64,000 bases of DNA, taken from the NCBI GenBank assembly GCA_964188305.1, contig OZ076892.1; one strand, written 5' to 3'. This DNA is from Podarcis bocagei. Lineage: Eukaryota. The stretch's first letter is position 1. Every line of letters begins with the position of its first letter. A program made the translations under genes and the position numbers. Shown one piece after another: positions 12,819 to 26,128 of this stretch. The notes under the pieces are model-generated. The model had not been told where the DNA came from. It saw only the letters and a program-made list of their open reading frames with translations, and searched no databases.

Positions 12819-13240
12819 GAAAAGTGTTGGGCCTGACCCTGACTGTTCTGCTGAGCATCTTCTGGGCAGAGCAGGGATGTAGGTTCAGCTCCCTCATGTT
12901 GGAAAGCCTTTAATGTCACAGAGGAGAGTTCCCTGTGCTGCTCCCTGGTTACAGAGATGGCTCTGTCATCCGAGGTGGGGAGCAAGGTACCCAGCATATG
13001 CTCCTGCCCTCCCCGGCCCCCAACATTACAGTTCCCTCTGCTGAGGGGCTAAGCTCCAACTCTGCCACTGGAGGGATGGTGTGATTAAAGTGTTGGGGTG
13101 AGGCTAGCTAGGGCTGGAGTGCTTGGGAGGTCTAGGGAACGAGGCTGCCCGACTGCCCCCACTTATGGGCCTGTGTCCACCAGGGCCACTCTCCCGGTGT
13201 AATGGCTTTCCCCCCTCTTGTCACTCTCTGTACCTCACAG

Positions 13241-13378
13241 CGGAAAACAAGCAGCTGACCTTGAACCTGCAGATGGAGAACAAAGGCTGCCTTGTCTCTG
13301 GTGGGGAGCTGACCATTTTCCTGGATGGGCCCAGTGTTGATGTGGGAAGCTTGCCTAACGGCAACATCGTGACGGAGG
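13241..13378 (+). CDS. WWP2: WWP2 exon 5 ENKQLTLNLQMENKGCLVSGGELTIFLDGP
   Basis: cacag acceptor, gtgagt donor, 138 nt. Confidence 0.95.
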
Positions 13379-14381
13379 GTGAGTGTGGCAGGGTGGGGTG
13401 GGGGAGCCGCCTGCCACTAGGGTCCTGGGCAGCCAGCGGGGCCTTTGATGGAGGTATGTCCTGTGAAAGACGGGAGCTGAGGCAGATGGGTTCAAGCTGA
13501 AGGGGGGGCAGGCGGGTCTGAGCCAAACCTTCCCTGTACTCTAATCCCAGCCATGTGTGGTCTGGTGGCAGGGAAGGGGAATCACTCTGTGCAGAGGCAG
13601 TATTTACAGCATCATCTCAGGTCCTTGAGCCCAGCTTAGAGAATGGGAGCAGGTTCCAAACTCTCAGACTCCAAACTGAGCCCCAGAGCAAATGTTGCTC
13701 TTCAGAACTTTAGTACCTGAGTTGTCCTGAGCAGAATGGAGAGGAGCTCTTGTGTCCAGGGAAGTGAACCTCATCTGGCAGGCATTCAAAATGTTAAACA
13801 GGCCCTCCCATCCCAGGGAGGCCACCTCTCTTCCGTCCCAAGGCGCTGGTCTGTCTCTTCCTGCTGCCCCCCCCCCCCGGAAGGGACCCAGGTCTTCTTC
13901 TCCTCACCCATCCTAGCTGAGTCTTTCCTGAAAGTGAGAGGAACTGCATTTGATGGGATGAGAGAGAAGTTGAGAGATTAAACCCAAAGATGCCACAACA
14001 CCACTGGGCAAAGCTGTGTTGTGGATGTTGCCCACCAGCCTCTGCTATAGTTGCTGAATCTTCAGAGGTGGCAGGAGAGCTCAGCTCTCCAGTGGCCCCT
14101 GGGATCATCCAGCTTCATGTTTCTATGAGGACTCCCATGTTTCAACTGTCATAATAATCTGTATCATTTGCTATGGTTTGCACCCCTCCCCTCCACCTCA
14201 GCTCCAGATTACAGCTGCTTGTATATATACAAAGGCAGGCTTAGAACAAGCAGCTGCCTCCATCCTTGTCCAGCCATCCCTCCCCTTTCCCCACAGCTGA
14301 CTGGCTGTTGCCAGGGCTTGGCTTTTGGCCTGCCTGCCAGGGTCCTATTCTGACCAGTTCTTTGCTTCCTTGTTCCTTCAG

Positions 14382-14478
14382 GGTCCCAGGCAGCTGGGAG
14401 GGACCCCTGTGGTCTGGCCTCGTCCCCAGAGAGCAGGCACCAGGCCCCCAGCACCAACTGCTTTGGCGGCAGGTCCAG
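14382..14478 (+). CDS. WWP2: WWP2 exon 6 SQAAGRDPCGLASSPESRHQAPSTNCFGGRS
   Basis: ttcag acceptor, gtaagg donor, 97 nt; conserved STNCFGGRS. Confidence 0.93.
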
Positions 14479-17400
14479 GTAAGGGTTCCCCTCTGCTCTG
14501 CTGTGGCATTTTGGATGGCTGCAGGTGGCCACTCTGGAGCCTCTGATGGTCAGCACACAGGGCAGGGTAAGAGACAAAGAAGAGGACAGGGAGATTGGGA
14601 GGTAAGCCAGGACAGAGGCAGGAAAGAGGCCAGAAAGGCCTGGGTGGGCAGGGGGAGTCTGGGAACTGCCTTGCAAGGTTTTGAGGAGTCAGGCTGGGCC
14701 ATGTGCATGTGGGTCAGAGTTGGGAAGACCAGGTAAGGGCTACTGCATCCCTCTGTGGCAAGAGGAGCATTTGGTAGCAGGGGAATTGCAGCTCCAGGAC
14801 ACGGTTGGTAGTGGGCTACATTTGGTACCCTTGCTCTAGCACCACCCATTAACTGGTGTGTGGAAAGTCCAGGCAATCATTGAGGGGTACTTTGGCTTTA
14901 GAGCAAAGTCCCCTGGAGACTGATAGTTCTCCTTCTCCTTCCAATCAGAGCCTGCTGACCCTGGCAAAAAATGCTTGCTCTGAGCAGCTGCCCAGAAAGC
15001 AGGGCAAGGGGCTTGCCAAGGGGGCTCTGCTTGGCCCTTCCTTCTACTCTCTGGCCACAGCTGTGTTGTGTTTGTGTACTGTTGCCGGTGTGGTGCTGAA
15101 TTTAGCACCCCACTGTCAAGGGAACCATACTGCTTCTCCCGAGATGATGGGTGGCCAGCCAACCTACCAGCTTCCTTCACCAAGTTCAATTCTTCCCTGC
15201 ATTGTAGCACTCAGTCCCGTATCCAGGGAGAACTCTCCCTCAGTGTCCTTTTTACTCTGGCTGCTTCCTTGTGCCTTCCTGGTTCTGTTTGTGCAGGGCC
15301 CTCAGAAGCCCCCGAATCCTCCACCAAAAGAAGTTTGATTCCCCTGAATAAAACATATTGGCTTCTGCAGATGGGAAGAGCTTTCAGGGAGTTGAACTTT
15401 TGGCCCTCACCAAGCTCCTGGAATGGTCCTTCCAAACAGACACAGGCATCTTCTGCAGCCTTCATGTGGTTCTGCTCAGAAGAACTTCCTCAGAAGAGCC
15501 TGGCTGGTGGATCACCTAGTCCAGCATTCTGGGTTCCACAGCAGCCAACCAGCTGCCCTGCTGGGAAACCGACAAGCTGGATAGGAGGGCAAGAGCACTC
15601 ACAACATTCTAGGTTTCTCCTTGATGCCATAAGGTCTAGAGACTTGCTTCTTTTTAAAAAGGGCAACGGTGTAAAGAACTTTATGCCCCGAGGGGCACAG
15701 CAAATTCTTGCAGTCTTGGCTCTGCAGCTGTTGGATCTAATCAGGGTGCTGGACAGATTCTGGATGAGTTCTCTGGAGCACTGAAAACCTCAGTCTGTCC
15801 CATGATTTCTCCGTTGGACACACGAGTGGGCCATGAGCCTTCCTAGGCCTTACTTAGTCTCCCATGGAATGGGCAGCTCTTGCAAAGGAAAGTTCAAGCT
15901 GACCTTTGGATCACAAGACCCTTTGCATGGATGGCTGAGTGATGGGCCAAGAGGATCTGGAGCAACCTTGATTTGCATCCTGGTCTCTCCAGGCAGCTAG
16001 CTGCATGACTCACTCTAAGGGTTAAGCCTCCACTTCCAGGGGAAATAAGATTATTTATTTATTTATCATCATCATTACTACTACTGACATTGCTGGTCGG
16101 AGGCAGGCACCAAGGAGTTTAGTTATTGTCCCTGGCCTGTTTCTTCATTGTTCTGCAAAATTGGGCCCTTGCAGGAAAACTTTGATGCTGGGATGCCAAA
16201 TTCCCTAGGGAGCAGCACTTCCCTCCCTGGATGGCTGCTTTGGGGTGAAACTGGTGTGGGTGGGATTAGAGTGGGATTTGCTTCCATAAGCAGCTGAGAA
16301 ACATCTCAGGGCGATTCGCAAACAGGCTACAACAAAGGTGCCTGCGCTCTCATTTTCGTGCTGTCTCTGATCAGAGAGGTTCCAAGGTGACGTGTTTGGG
16401 GTGAGTGTGCCCCCCGCCCCAGATCTGTGTGTCTTGGTAAACAGTTTCTAAAGAAAGGAGAAAAGGGGATGGGAGGGGGGACCTTGGGCTCCGTTTTCAG
16501 AAACAAACACTTGTGGCTGGTGGTCCTCCCTCCCGTTCTACCACCACCTTTTGCACAGACCAGAGGAATTTCTCAGCCTTGCGTTGCCCGCCTACCCGTT
16601 CCCTGACTGTGGAGGGCTGGCAACACCACCCTGTGACCAGGATCAATCACTCGTGCCTATTTGCAAAGTGCTTCCCTGAATTTGCACAGCAGAGATGGGC
16701 CCTCTCACTGCTGGGTCCCCTCATGGGCTGCCCCTCCTCCACTGTCTTTTTCCTGCTTCTCCTTGGGCGGGGGGACAGGGGACCTTCTCCTTGCTCTCTG
16801 CTGTCCTTGGTTCCCCTTCCCCATTGTGCCCCCTTCCTACTTCCCTGAGTCCTTCTCCCAGTGGGGTTGCTCATTCCTACCAAGGTCAGCTTGGTGCTGG
16901 TTTCCTTTCCCCCTCATGCCCTTTGCTCCTATCCCCCCCCCCCAACGGCACTTGGAGAGAAACCGGCAGGAGGGAGGTGCGTAGACTGTGTCTTGATCAG
17001 CCAGCATATCCTGGGGATCCTGTGGTTCTGGTTGGCCACTGTGGGAACAGGATGCTGGATTAGATGGGCCCTGTTTGACCTGACCCAGCTGCTGCAGGCC
17101 CCTTTTGGGATCTCGCCTCCTTGACTTTGAAACAGCCTGACTCTCTGGACCCCAAGCCAGAATCTCTGGAGCTTTCTCTGCATGTGTGTTGGAAGTGGGG
17201 ATTAGGGCCTATTACAGGTCGTGCCTCCCCTCTCTACCCAGGATCAGCCCTGCTCCCTGCCCCCCCCCATTCACTCTACTTATGGGGAAACTGCCCCATC
17301 GCCTGCTGTTCCCAGCCTGTTCCTCCCACTGGTGCTGCCTGCCCCCTTTTCCAGGCTCCTATTTTAAGCAGCTGCTGTTCCCCGTGAGCTCTGCCATGTG

Positions 17401-17859
17401 ACCTCTGGTTTATTTCCACACGTCTATTAAAAGACGATGCCAAGTTAGGAGCCCCGTAGGAAGAGAGCCTTGGCAGGACGGCTAATTTGGGCCTACACGA
17501 CCTGCGCAACACAGCGGAAATGGGCAATTTGGGTTTCTAAAAAACACCCCTGGAGGTCCAGAGGTTGTTTATCCCCAGAGGGTGGGGTGGGTGAGCCATT
17601 CCTAGTGATGTCTGCACAAGTCCTGTGCCAAAAACCTTACCACCTCGCTCTGCGCGGACTAATATGAAACTGTCCAGGATTTTGTCCTGGTTTTGCGTTG
17701 TTCTTCTAACCCTTAATGTATTTCTTTAAAAAGAAAAAAAAATTCAGACAAGCACATGGAAGCTTAACGCAGGTCCAATAAACTTGCTCTCCACATTTTG
17801 AACATTGTATAAGAGCACTATGAAAACAGACACATGGAGAGTTTCCAGCCAAGGTGGAG

Positions 17860-18213
17860 GTAGTATTATAGCAGCTAGAGGATGTCAGGCCAGGATTGGA
17901 GAGGCCCAGGCTCAGAATCCCACCCAGCCGTGGAGCCCCCAGAAAGACCCACCTCCGCTGAATACTAGTTGCTGGGAGTCGCAGGTGGGCCGAGCGTGGC
18001 TGTTGTACTTGGATCCAGCTTGCAGACTTCCCATAACAGGCATCTGGTTGGCCGCTGTTAGAACAGGATGCTGTACTAGATGGGTCATTGACCTCATCCA
18101 GCAGGGTTCTACTTACAGACTTAGAAATGTAAACGTCCTTACATTCTTACGAACTTGGGCCAGTCATTCTCTTTCTCAGCCTCACCTACCTCACAGGTTT
18201 GTTGTGAGGATAA
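17860..18213 (+). mobile_element. Old SINE-like element interrupted by a CR1 3'UTR fragment (about 17953-18115)
   Basis: CAGGATGCTGTACTAGATGGG CR1 3' motif inside an element ending CAGCCTCACCTACCTCACAGGTTTGTTGTGAGGATAA. Confidence 0.5.
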
Positions 18214-18643
18214 CCTAGTATGACTTCCACACACTCCTGCTGTGTGCAGAGATGCGGAATGTCTCAAACCAGCGCAAACTCCTCTTGTCTTCTGTTTTCC
18301 TCCTGGCATGTTTCTAGTCCTTATGTCTGTTGACAGAAACCTGATGAAACTGCAAAAACCTGGGTGGGGTGTCAGGTCCCTGTAATGTTTGCTTACCCTC
18401 TTCCCTCCATTCCACTTGCAGTTGTGACTATTATGTAACTGTAATCGCCATGATCTTTCAACTATATGTCCATGGACTCAGTTTGCATGACTGATCTGTG
18501 CTATTTTGGTGCAGGACGAGGTATGGAATGTCATGGAGAGCAGGCCCAGCCATCAGCCTTCCACCCTCCTGTCTACAAGGAATATAATGATCTGTGGAAA
18601 CTCAGGAGACACTCCCCTCACCTCTCGACTGTTTTTTTTGCAG

Positions 18644-18765
18644 GGCACACAGGCATGTGGCTGGAGTGGCCAGGCAGAGCATGGCCAACGGGGAGCAAAG
18701 CCCCAGTCCCAGAGCCCAGCAGCAGCCAGCAGGCAAGACCCAGAGTGGCACAGTGAATGGCACAG
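18644..18765 (+). CDS. WWP2: WWP2 exon 7 AHRHVAGVARQSMANGEQSPSPRAQ...TVNGT
   Basis: tttgcag acceptor, gtgaga donor, 122 nt, phases match neighbours; GEQSP conserved. Confidence 0.9.
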
Positions 18766-19134
18766 GTGAGAGTGGAGAGAGAGGAGGAGGTGATGGTCTC
18801 TCCTCTGAAGCTGTAAGGCCAGCCCTGTGTGCCACCTCACTTGTGCTCTCCCACGTGCATTGATATAACTTTGAGGTGCTACCTGTAGATGAAAGATTAT
18901 CTCCCCATGTCACTTCCCTAGTTTTACTTGACCGGCTATGCTCTACAGACAGAGGTTGCCATTGGGGAAACTCTGGGCCCCTTTCAGGGTGATGGCGATG
19001 GACAGGGAATGAGACCTTGGGGTCCTAGTGGAGAGCTTGATGAAGATGTTGGCCCAGGGCGTGGTAGCTGGAATTGATACTAAAACGGCCCATGCTGTTA
19101 TCAAAATCTATGATGCAACCGCATTTGGAATGAT

Positions 19135-19740
19135 GTGTATACTTCTGGACGCTTCACCTCCGAAAGGATATTGTAGATCTGGAGACCGTTGGGAAAGGGG
19201 CAGCCAGAATGATCAAGGGGATGGAGGAACTCCTCTGTGAGGAAAGGTTGCAGCATTTGGGGCTGCTTAGTTTAGAGACAAAACAAGTAGAAGGTGATAC
19301 AAAAGGAGTTTCTAAAACTGCACATGGCATGGAGACATTGGGTAGAGAAAGGTTTTTCCCCCTCTCTCAACACAAGAACATGAGGCTACCTAATGAAGCT
19401 GGATGGTGGAACATTCAGAACAGACAGAAAGAAGGACTTCTTCACACAACAGGCAGTTAAGCTATGGAATTTGCTTCCCCAATAGGCAGTGGTGGCCACC
19501 AACTTGGATGGCTTCAAAAGAGGATTAGACAAATTCAGGGCAGGGTTACAGTTGGCTACTAGCCCAAATGGCTGTGTTCTGCCTTCACTGTCAGAGGCAT
19601 CTGGGAACTGCAGGAGGGCAGAGTGCTCTTTTGCGGAGGTCCTGCTTGCAGGCTTCCCACAGGCATCTGGCTGGCCACTGTGAGAACAGGATGCTGGACT
19701 AGATGGGCCCTTGGCCTGATGGCTCCTGCTATGTTCTTAG
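19135..19740 (+). mobile_element. Degenerate CR1 LINE 3' end (ORF2 C-terminus plus 3'UTR)
   Basis: Remnant peptides MIKGMEELLCEERLQHLGLLSLE and VVATNLDGFKRGLDKF typical of CR1 ORF2; ends ATGTTCTTA. Confidence 0.8.
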
Positions 19741-19791
19741 GAGGCATCAGCATCCCCTCAACTCTGCCATAATTGCTCCCCTCTCTTTCAG

Positions 19792-19984
19792 TGAATGGTG
19801 AACCTGCCAGTTCCACCCTCGATGTCCCTGAAGATGAACAGGCTGTGCCACCTGAGGCTGTGTCAGGTGCGACCTCCAGCTCTGGCACAGCTCATGACTC
19901 TCCAAGGGCAGGGGAATCTGCCCCCAGCTCAGAGGCCCAGCCTTCTCAGCCAGCAGCACAGACTCTGGAGGTGCTGCCCTCTGG
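19792..19984 (+). CDS. WWP2: WWP2 exon 8 (low-complexity linker to WW1 start)
   Basis: ttcag acceptor, gtaagt donor, 193 nt; VNGEP...EVLPSG. Confidence 0.9.
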
Positions 19985-22506
19985 GTAAGTGGTGTCCTGC
20001 TCTCTGTTTGGGCACCTTGGCCACGGCATGAATGCCCTTAGCCAACTAGGGGGAGGTTGGGATGGGTCACCAGGGAGTTGAAACCTTTAAAAAGTACGTT
20101 TCTGAATCAGAGGCTGTTCGCTAGGAGTAAAGTTTATCCTAGCGGGAACTCCTGCTCTCTTGTCGCTTCCAAAGTTCTCTCTTTCTAAGCAGGATGGGGC
20201 CCCAGGCCTACCTCAGAAGACAGTTTCAGTGATTACTGTGATCATGTCTGTGAATCCCCTTCTGCATTTAAGAAATATGAATGCTAAGTATTATCATCCT
20301 TAGAGGAATGTTACAGTATTTTTGCAAGACCTGGAGTTCTAGGGAGGAAGGGGACTAGCTGTGACTGAGGTCCAGCTCTTTGGATGCCTGATCTGGGAAC
20401 AGAGTCTGGATTACCAGGGTTACGATTCAGTTGTGAACTCGACAGTTGTGGCTCCTCAGCTGCACCTGTTCTTCCTTCCTTCCATCCTTTCTGGTCCTGC
20501 AATGTGGCTATTTCTGTTGAGACTTCCAATGCCCAAACACCACCTCCTGACTCCTGCATTTCCGATGAAGGGAGCCATCTGTTTTCCTTCTGGCCTCTTA
20601 GTTCAGAGTCTCATGTGTGTGTTTGCATCACTTGCAGGTAATTGGGGGGCCAGCAGCTCAGAGTGCCTTTATGCCGGGCGTGTGAGCGCTACTGTTTTCA
20701 GGCCTCAGCCACTTCCTGTTTGCAGACAGCTGGAAAAGTCCAGGGCGTCTCAAAAGGCTCTTTCTTCCTGCTGGAGCTCTCCTCCCTTCCTGCTCACGTA
20801 CTGCGGTGTGCCTGGGGTCCAGGAGGCAAGGGGGGCACCTGACGCCTTTATGCAGAGATGCTCCTGAAATGGAGGGCGCATCCCACAGCCTACGGCCGAG
20901 ACACCCTTCCTTTAAGGATCCTGGTGCTGACAGTCCCCTGCTATATAGCGAGAAGCTTGTGTGGGTGTTGGGTGGGGACTGCGCTATGTACAAGCCAAGT
21001 TTCCCCTGCTTCTGTGGCTGAGGGATCTCAGGGCCTCTGGTGGGGCAAGTCCACAGGCCCTTCCAAGCCCTGGTGTGAATGCGCGCGCATGCAGGCCGCT
21101 TCCAGCTCCTCCTGTTGGCAGCCCGGCAGTGTTTTGCTTGGCTGTGTCGGGCGCCTGCTTCAGGCCACTCCATTTGCATGGGCATAAACAGGCTTGCCGG
21201 GAGGTAGCCCATCAGAGGGGCGGGGGTGCTGTAGGCTGCCTTTATGCTGCTCTCCCTTAACATCTGCACTCAACGTGGCAAGCACAAAAGCCTCTCACAT
21301 ACATACAGCTGGAGCGGGGAGGACAGGAGGCTGTGGAAAGCCATGGGACTAAACTGTTCCATATGCGGGGTGGGGGTGGGGTATTCATGTTCCTGGGAGA
21401 CCCACAACATGGCCCTCAGTGAGGAGGACCAGAAGGGGTGCTGCTGTGCAAAGCTGGGATCCTTGTGGGGAAGGGGCATCCTGCTGTCACACACAGGCTC
21501 TCTTGCTCACTCCCTCTCCCTCTGGGCTGACGGCAGAACAGACACCTCCTCTCCCCCCGCCCCTCCCTGACCTGCATCTGGTTCCTATCAGCGTTGCTCC
21601 TGCGTTGGGGACAGCGGCTCTCATTAACACGGCGGCGTGTACACCAGTTCGCGCCTCGTCTCGTGCATACAAAGAGGTGCATTATGCTCCCTTGCAGCAG
21701 GCGCGGCCTGTGGTTCTTTACATAAGGCAGGGCGTCTCGCATGGACGGCAAGGTGACCTCAGTACTGCTGTTTTGCTACCAGCAAGCCTCGTCTCCATTC
21801 AGAGCAGAGGTAGCCCGGGAGGATGGCGAGCTGATTGCCTGGGCAGCCACCTTCCTGAGCCACGTCTTGGCTTTATGGCATGGCAGTGCCCTGCCCTCTG
21901 GAGTGGAAGGCATTCCTTCTTGCAGATTGGTGGCCATTTATGATCCTCTGCAGAGCCTTCTGGAGGATATTTAAGAGGTGCATTTTGCATCTCCACAGTA
22001 ACATCGTCTCATATATCCTGGTTTTTTTTTAAATAAAGTTTCTAGCCCTTATGAGTTGTTGTTGTTTAAATGGCAGACTGTTCTTCATGAAAGTGTTGCC
22101 CAATCAGGGATTGCTCCTTAATCGTGCTGTGATTGGCCAAAGCAAAACAAAGACGGGCTGTTATGTGTGCCTGCTGATGCCTTTTGGAAGCTGTAGGTCC
22201 TGCAGAAGTTGTTGGGGCCCCCAGACCTTGACATGCACCCTTGGATCTGGCTGGAGTATTGCTATACAGTTGGAGCCAGTGGGTGCAGAGGAGAGGGTCC
22301 TGTGCCTTTGCTCATAGAGCAGCTTGAGTAAGCCACTGTGCCTACTTTACAGGGCTGTTGGAGTCATAGACAAAGTGATAGTCACAAAGTTCTTCATGGT
22401 CTGGATAATGCTAGAAATAAGTAATAGCAACAAGGGTTGCCTTGGCTCACAAAATGGGCCCTCCGTCCCCTTCTCACTCTGTGTCTTCTCTCTTTCTGTC
22501 CTTCAG

Positions 22507-22596
22507 GTGGGAGCAACGAGAGCTGCCAAATGGGAGAGTGTATTACGTGGACCACAACACAAAGACCACCACCTGGGAGCGCCCTCTTCCACCAGG
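22507..22596 (+). CDS. WWP2: WWP2 exon 9 (WW1) [30 protein letters not shown]
   Basis: ttcag acceptor, gtaggt donor, 90 nt. Confidence 0.97.
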
Positions 22597-23646
22597 GTAG
22601 GTGCTCTGACATGAGCATGTTTGCAGGATCTGGTCTGGAGATACTCAAAGGAGGGTGGCTGGGTGTGCTGTGGGAAGCAGATGCTCTTCACAAGATCCTA
22701 ACATATGTGATAACATATATATACACATACAGGCACTTTATATATCTCCGAGGCCATAATTCTAGGGCAGGCTCAGTGTTCAGCTGCCCAGGGCTTGCAA
22801 AGACAGCTGGAACAAGGACAATCTGCTTGATTGTTTTCATTACAAAAGTGCACATTTTGCTCTTTGGTCCAAAGGCTTTTAGAGCTACTCGCTCTTTAAA
22901 AAATGCAAATAACAGCATTAATTAGTTAAAATAGCAGTAGTCGAATAGTTGCGAAAAGCACACCAGCTTTGGAGCACATTTAAATCAGCTTAAAGGTCCA
23001 CTTGGCATTGGAAAGAGAGCAGAGTGTCTAGCAGCCAAGCCACCTCGGGGAGAGCATTCCACTGCTTGGACGGCCCTTTCCTTCCTCACCTACCAACTTT
23101 GCTTCAGAAGATGGGGGAGCTTGGAAAAGCATCGGCACTGGGCAAGGTAAGAACTAACACCTTGAGCTGTGCCCAGTGCAGATGCTTTTAAGACTGGCCA
23201 GGTGTCTTCCATATACCTGGTCTCAGTTGCCATGTTCTTTACTAGTCAAAGTTTCTGAGTCTTCTTCAAGGGCACATGGCCAAACAGTGCGGTACCTGAG
23301 CCCAGCTCACTCTCTTTCCAAGAGGAGCATCAAGCTAGCGCTGTAGCCATCACTGGTGAAAGGGGCTTCAAGCTGTGAAAATTGCTTGGGGTTCTAAGGA
23401 CGGGGCTGGATTTAACAGGACATGCCCCCCCCCCCATATCCTTCAAACCTAATCCTGTAAGGGGAGTGCAGCTCTGGCCAGAGAAGGCCAAACTCCACCT
23501 CCCAAATCTGTTACCCTAAAGGGGTGTGCGGGTTGAAGAGGGTTAATTGCTTGGATATTGGCAGAATTATGGAAGAACATCTGGGGTGCCTGAAAAAGGG
23601 AAAATTCTTCATCCAACCCCAAAAGCCACCTCTGGCCCAGAAATAG

Positions 23647-24207
<561 letters not shown>

Positions 24208-24299
24208 TAGCCGTTGCCTGCTGGCTGCCTCGGTCCTGCCCCTGCTGCAGTTTAGTGTTGCTCTGGAGCCTTCCCTTGAGGGCTCTGAGAGCCTGATTC

Positions 24300-25950
24300 C
24301 ATTACGAATATCGTTTGTTTCATTGTCACTAACCCTGTAACAGAGATCCCAGGGCAGCTTACAGCAAGTAATAAAAGACAATGAAACAGTATATATTGAG
24401 AAAGGAGCAGCCAAGAGTAAAACAACATGAAACTGAAAGAGAAGGCCCCGAGGTTTCCCTCCTGGCTGCTACTCACAGGGCCCCCTGCCCCTTAGTGAGC
24501 CCAGAAACAGGCACAGCTCTTGAGCTCATGGGGCCCTGCACAATCCCTCTGCCCAATGGCCCTGTAAGAACACCACTATTCTGTGTCTAATGTACCCTTA
24601 AAGAGGCATTGTGAGTGTGGTGTCTGTGGCTTGGAGTGTGGAAAGTGGCCGGTTTTCATTTAGGCATGAGCGACTAGAAATGTCTGGTTGAAATTCAGGG
24701 GATTGGGGTAAGGAGAGACTGTGTTTCCCTAGTCCTGTGAACAGATCTGGTTTGAGGCTCCCTCTTTTGATTGCCAGTACTGCTGGCTGTCCTGAAGGAA
24801 GATGCCAGTCAGGCTCCCCTCCTGCCACTCTTGCATTAGATGATGACGGGCAGGACTCTCCAAGAATATATGATGCAGACCCCAGTCTGGGTGCACTGCA
24901 GGGTCAGGACTTGTTGTGAGAGCCTGCTGGCCTTCCTTGGCTTGGGAACCTGCTCCCCACTCCACAAGACAGGAGGCACAAGACCCTGGCAGCACCGTGG
25001 TGGTCAAAATAGAGGCCTGCATCTTGTTGTTATTCCCTTCTGTTGTGCCGATGGCTTATTCTCTGCCTCTACAGCCACACCACAGCTGACCACACATTAC
25101 AGTGTGGAGAAAACTGCTCTTTGCCACACCAGAGCAGCTCCCTCCATGTGGAAAGGTGTTCAGAGGGCACCATTGTTCGCCTTGTAGTGACTTTGCTGGC
25201 CAGTAATGGAGTTGCTGTTCCCAGGAAGGCGACCCCAGCTTTTTGAGGGGTGTGACAGGAATGGGACTCTGAGTGAAAAGTCTTTTGACGTGAGCCTCCG
25301 GGTCCCAGGAGTTCTGTCTGGCCTGGCTTTCTCCAGAGACGCGTGAGGGAGGGGGCCTAATCTAAACAGCGCGCTGCTGAGGAACTGTCTCCCCCTCCCC
25401 AGCTTGCCCAGCAGGCTTGAAATGGGTCCCCCGGCCCAGCCTGCCTGGAGTTGGATAAAGGTGCTTTGTATGGGGCCTGGACCTGTGGGGGGCTGTGGGG
25501 GAAACGCCTGTCTGTGCGGCATGAATGTTCCCTCAGTCCGTGAGCATCTCGCGCCCGGCCGTTGGGTTTCACGGTCCTCTGTGAGGGAGGCAGGGCAGGG
25601 AGGGAGGGAGGGGAGGGAGGAGGAGGAGGCAAGCAGCCCGCAGGCCCAGCCAGGAAGCTCTGGGCGTGGACAGGGCTTGTGGGAATGATTTCATTGGAAA
25701 GGCCTGCAATATTCCCCCCACCCCCGGTTGTGTGTGGTTCTTGGAGGAGGTTGGAGGTGGGACTGTGGTGGGGCTCTCAGTCGCCTCAGCCAGCACAGGG
25801 GCGGCAGCAGCTGCTTTCCTGCCTCCTTCCCTTGCCTGCCTGCCACCTGGGCTTTTGCAGCTCCTTCGCTCCCATCCTCTGCCCCAAGCTGCACACATTC
25901 AGGCATTTTGCTGTTCCCACAGTTGGTTGGGACGTGTGTGCTGTTGTTTT
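24300..25950 (+). promoter_or_regulatory. Candidate internal promoter/enhancer for WWP2-C and pri-miR-140 in intron 10
   Basis: Several SOX half-sites and inverted pairs (25455-25469, 25682-25697, 24598-24612), raised CpG content near 25290-25680; mammalian SOX9-driven short transcript is known to start in this intron. Confidence 0.55.
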
Positions 25951-26073
25951 TTTAGCCAACCTTGGCGGGCGGTGGGAAGAGAAGGCAGGGTGGAGGGCAA
26001 AACGGCTGGACTCCATCCTGCCTTCCAGCACTCTCTCTGTTAACCCCCGTGGTGTTTGTTTTGCTCCCTCCAG

Positions 26074-26128
26074 TCGTCAGGTGCCCCGTCTGACAATGAC
26101 CCGCTGGGCCCCCTTCCTCCTGGCTGGG
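26074..26128 (+). CDS. WWP2: WWP2 exon 11 SSGAPSDNDPLGPLPPGW
   Basis: ccag acceptor, gtaagt donor, 55 nt. Confidence 0.95.

Noticed and set aside
15068-15784. 238-aa ORF in WWP2 intron 6, and similar 150-230 aa ORFs at 7394, 12174, 20658, 25562 and 28070
   Set aside because: No recognisable domain, mostly non-ATG starts, no exon context; expected by chance in GC-rich introns.
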